From Octopus vulgaris (taxonomy: Eukaryota), in the NCBI GenBank assembly GCA_951406725.2, contig OX597818.1, positions 90,334,001 to 90,398,000 on the forward strand: 64,000 nucleotides of DNA. Reading direction: 5' to 3'. The position numbers and the translations under genes were made by a program. The notes below the pieces were generated by a model, which did not search any database, had not been told where the DNA came from, and saw only the letters and a list, made by a program, of their open reading frames with translations. Shown piece after piece: positions 58,991 through 64,000 of this stretch (its first letter is position 1; every line of letters starts with the position of its first letter).

Positions 58991-59162
58991 GTGTGTGTGT
59001 GTGTGTTTATGTACATATATGTGTGTGTGTGTCAGTATGTCAGTGTGCGTCTGTGTGTGTGACTGTGTGTGTGTCTACTTAGATATGTTTATTTCTATGA
59101 TATGTAAAAAAATAAGCTGAGTTTGAAGACGCGAAGAGTAATCCCAAAACCAGTTCACTCAC

Positions 59163-59328
59163 CTACACTTCCATTGATTTCTTCTCCTACAACTGTCGAC
59201 GTGTGTCGGCCGAGATGCCGTCTGTAGTATGAAGAATTCCGTCTGGTGCCGGCATTATGCTCTATGGCACTTTCAGTAGTACTACGCTTTCTGCATCTTA
59301 AGCAGCTAAACATGTTGGTCTGTCCCAT
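59163..59328 (-). CDS. Transglutaminase coding exon 1 (MGQTNMFSCLRCRKRSTTESAIEHNAGTRRNSSYYRRHLGRHTSTVVGEEINGSV)
   Basis: ATG at 59328, 55 open codons plus 1 nt, donor G|gtgagt; phase 1 joins exon 2 (G|AT = Asp). Not in the ORF track; translated by hand. Link to the gene rests on phase and the acylation-type N-terminus. Confidence 0.75.
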
Positions 59329-59376
59329 TGTCTCTTAATAACTGGATTCCACGCAGGCTGTGTATATATATATATT

Positions 59377-59430
<54 letters not shown>

Positions 59431-59640
59431 TGCGTGTGTGTGTGTGTTTCTAATTATATGTATGTCTGTGGGTGTGTAGGTGCGTTGGTGCTATGCGTGT
59501 GTAACCGGATTGGACAGTCTCACATTCTCTCTACCTCTCCCTCCCCCAGCTTCCCACTCACTTTCTCTCTCTCAACTCTCCTCTCCTTTTCTTTCCCTCA
59601 CTTTCTATCTTTTAATGTCTGTTTGTCTAGTCTGTCTGTA

Positions 59641-59697
<57 letters not shown>

Positions 59698-60510
59698 TCT
59701 AAGGGTGGCTCTTGGTATATTCCAAAGAATGGCTCTCAGTAGCAATAATGCTACAGAACCACTTGGTTTCAGTTTCAATCCCGTTATGTGACGCTTTAGG
59801 CCGATCTTCTTTTTCCTTGTTCGTAGAATTTGGTGAACAATAACTGCATAGCGGCCGAAGATATACGCGCATGCGTATGTATCTTCTTTTCTGTTTGAGA
59901 GGGACTTCGCGTCACGGGTGACCGTTCGTGTATTCGTGTGTGCGAATGAAGATGTGTAAATATATGTACCAGTTACTAAGTTTATGCTTACCCCTGCCTG
60001 AAAACACTTTCGCTTTCGTTGCGGCACTTTATATCCTGTTATTTAACTGTTCGACAAACAGACATCGATAAATTATGTACCATACCGAAAGATTTGCTAC
60101 GTTAGATATAATAAATACATCAGGGCCTTTAGGGCTGTAATACAGTATGACAGTCCGTGTATGTGTGTGTATGTGTATCACAATAATAATTCATGTTTTT
60201 GAACAGAATTATATTGCGAAAAAAAAAAATGATAGTAATCTATCTTAAACTAAATATTTAACTTCGAAATATTTCTGAAATTTGACTAGAATTTTATTAA
60301 CTGCAATTAAATTACGTATACTTGTATTATGCATGTAGCTACTTGTGACGTCATTTCCGTTATTAGAGTTGTAATGCGAGCAGGAGTAGATCTTTCCGAC
60401 AAAATCTGAATGTCAGTTGCCGTAGGATGAAGTTGTAAGAGTCAATGGTCAACAGCCTTCTCTTTCTCTTCCTCTCTTTCTCTCCCCCTTGACATATATA
60501 TATATATATA

Positions 60511-60614
<104 letters not shown>

Positions 60615-61289
60615 CATGTACATGCACACACACGTGTGTGTATGCATATATGTAAATCTATCTTTCTATGAGCATTTATGTATATATATATATAAAAGGT
60701 GGTGCCCCAGCATATGTATGTATGTTTATATATATATATATATATATATGCATACACCTATCTCCCTACCTATTTAACTCTCTCTTCCCCCCCCCTCTAT
60801 CTATCTATATGTCTGTCTTTTAATATTAAGAGGTTTATGAGGAAGGAAAGTAAAAGTATGGGAAAAGCATACTTGGAAAGTGAAAGATTGCAATTACTAT
60901 ATTTTTGAATTAATTACTTCTGCTTTCCCTTTTATTCCAAATCTACCGCCTCTCCAGCAACCTTAAAAACAATTATCGACACCGACAGCAACTCCTATAC
61001 GAACACGACTAAGGCCAATGTCACCACCAACACCACCAACAACAATAACAACGCATTTACCACAAGCGCTTTTACCGCCATTAACGCTATGTCATAACCA
61101 CCACCACCGCCGCCGCCATGATTGCCACCACGTTTGCTACCATTCCACCATTATAATTGTCTTTATCGTGAAAGCGCGTGGCCTAGTGGTTAGAGTGATC
61201 GGCTCACGATCATAAAGTTGTGAGTCAAATTCCCGGCGACGCGTTGTGTCCTTCAGCAAGTAGGGTACAAAACAATATTTAGTTGCTAG

Positions 61290-62283
61290 AAGGCGGGGAG
61301 CTGTCAGAATCGTTAGCACGCCAGGCGAAATGCTTAGCGATATTTCGTGTCTTCACATTCTGAGTTCAAATTCTGCCGAGATCGACTTTGCCTTTCATTC
61401 TTTCGGGTTCGATAAATCATGTACCAGTTGCGTACTGAGGTCGATTTAATCGACTGGCCCCTCTCCAAAGATTTCGAGCCTTGTGCCTAGAGTAGAAAAT
61501 ATTATAATTGTCATTATCACCGTTTCTCGAAAGTGGAAGGTCAAGAAGTTAAAGTACTGTACTTATGACGATAAGGACGTAGTTTCGATTCCTGGATCGA
61601 TCGGCAGTCAGTGTTCTTGAGTAAAGTTCATAATTTTTTATGTTGCTCCGACCTACACAGCTGAAAATTAATACCAGCTGACTACTAGTGTAACTTTTTA
61701 TCTACCTCCAGCTAACTCTTCCTCGTTCTCTCGCTAAGTCACGGATTAGAGGAAAGAGTACATACATATGTCTGCTCGGAGCTACATATAGTCGCGGCCA
61801 AAAGTTTGGAACATAGGTCTGAAAATAAAATTTTTATATCAAAGTTATATTTAATTTCCAGCTGTGAGTTGGCAGAAACGTTAGCACGCCGGGCGAAATG
61901 CTTAGCGGTATTTCTTCTGCTATTACGTTCTGAGTTCAAATTCCGCCGAGGTGGACTTTGCCTTTCATCCTTCGGGATCGATAAATCATGTACCAGTTGC
62001 GTACTGGGGTCGATATAATCGACTTATCGACTTAATCCGTTTGTCTGTCCTTGTTTGTCCTCTCTGAGTAGTAAAGAAATTGGTATTTCGTCTGTGCCCC
62101 TTGTGAGTAGTAAAGAAATTGGTATTTCGTCTGTGTTTACGTTCTGAGTTCCACTTCCGCCGAGGTCAGCTTTGACTTTCATCCTTTCGGGGTCGATGGA
62201 TTAAGTACCAGTTGCGTACTGGAGTCGATTTAATTGACTGGACCCCTCCCCCAAAATTTCTGGCCTTGTGCCTTGAGTAGAAA
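61290..62283 (+). mobile_element. SINE family 2 copies (about 61290-61500 and dimer 61860-62283)
   Basis: Core repeated. Confidence 0.8.
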
Positions 62284-62299
62284 TGAATAATAATAATAA

Positions 62300-62439
<140 letters not shown>

Positions 62440-62923
62440 ACGATAACAGCTGTATGCGTGTAAACACACACGCACGCAGCTGTTATCGTACACGCACACA
62501 CGAGTTGTCGCAAAAGATCATTTCTCGGTTGTAGCTTAAATGACTTCAATAATATTTTTAAACATGGTTTAAAGAGCGAAGTTTATGTAAACAAGGCAGA
62601 AACACTTCAGCCAACAAGATTAATATTCGATAACAATTAGTGCCTTTTGAGTCATAAAACTTTCGAAAAAAAAAAAGAAAAAAAAAGTCAGGGAACACTG
62701 CTGCAAACTAAAAACAAAAAAGTTTCACACCGAAAGACTGAAAATGGTTGGTATTTGTGGTATGTCGTATTCCATAATTGGTTCACTGTAATTTACAATG
62801 CCAAAATTTATTAATATATTCTATAGGACAAATTTTTAGAAAGCTTATTCAATATTTATAATGAAGAACATGCATATATACATTTATGTGTGTGTACTTA
62901 TAAGCATATACATAGATACATAG

Positions 62924-63034
<111 letters not shown>

Positions 63035-63398
63035 ATCCAAACATGAAAACAATAACGTGAGGACGTGGCACAAGTATAGCGTTATTGGACGCTCAGGAAA
63101 GGAAAGAAAGGAGGAGGATTTAATGTTTCGAGCGGAGCTCTTCGTCAGAAACATAGAAAAGGGAAAGATCCAAGGAATGGAAGACGGAGGAAAAAAGAAT
63201 CGCCAACGATACACACGCGGTCACATTTCGAATATATATATATATATAAAAATAAATGCGCCCTTTTAAAGTCTAGCCAGGGTCATGCGCCCGGTTCCCG
63301 GGGAGTGAGAGAAAGAGAGAGCCAGGGCCAGCCAGCCAGACGAGCAGATAGATAGATTGATTGATAAATAGATAGATAGATACATATGAATATATAAA

Positions 63399-63399
<1 letters not shown>

Positions 63400-63454
<55 letters not shown>

Positions 63455-63455
63455 C

Positions 63456-63504
<49 letters not shown>

Positions 63505-63512
63505 ATCTATCT
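63400..63512. repeat. (TATC)n microsatellite preceded by a short (GATA)n tract
   Basis: Directly visible. Confidence 0.9.
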
Positions 63513-64000
63513 GCCTGTCTGTCTGTTGTCTGTCTATCTGCCTATATTTATTCTCAAGTTGGATGAGTAATATAAGTGTATAATTAAAAATGTTCTCTAT
63601 GAAATTATGAGATTTTGGTTTCGATTCCAGCCTGAGATATTTTAGACAAGTGCTATATTTTAGGTCCACGAGTTTATCTGCATATTGTAAGTGAAATTAG
63701 GTTGCTAGAAATTGTATAGAAAACTATCGGATCGATGTGCCTTTAATTCAAAACTCCTGTCTTGAAACACGCTACATCATGATTATTGTATGAGAATTAT
63801 GTTAAGGTTACGCGTGTGGCTGGAATACTAAGTTTTGAAAGCATTAAATCAATGTGGCTCATACTTGAATTGAATGAACATGTGCACACTTATGGTCGGT
63901 AATTCTGACCGAGACCTAATTCTATTGCGTATAAATATGTGTGCGCTTGTATATAGGTTTGCATGCACATATATATTCATTTACGATTCATATATATTCT

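Overview
AT-rich, microsatellite-dense eukaryotic DNA; the SINE families and repeat style suggest an octopus (coleoid cephalopod), which is inference only. One host gene spans almost the whole window on the minus strand: a protein-glutamine gamma-glutamyltransferase (transglutaminase). I assembled 13 coding exons by hand (59328 to 1232; 1968 nt, 656 codons). All have GT-AG boundaries and compatible phases, the Cys/His/Asp triad is intact, and the N-terminus (MGQTNMFSCLRCRKR) looks acylated. The last beta-barrel exon(s) lie beyond the left edge. The 21.9 kb intron after the catalytic-Cys exon holds four different, largely intact CR1-group LINEs, each sitting directly in (TA)n-type arrays. The near full-length one has an unusual ORF1 (Myb/SANT-like domain plus tandem CCCH zinc fingers) and a U-UUU-UUA slippery site at the ORF1/ORF2 junction. 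Their 3' double hairpin covaries across families and is shared with a tRNA-derived SINE. A second niche, (AAT)n, holds R4/Dong-like LINE fragments. Introns also carry several Penelope-type minimal hammerhead motifs, long inverted repeats, many SINEs and Tc1/mariner relics. Most ORFs in the supplied track are microsatellite artefacts.
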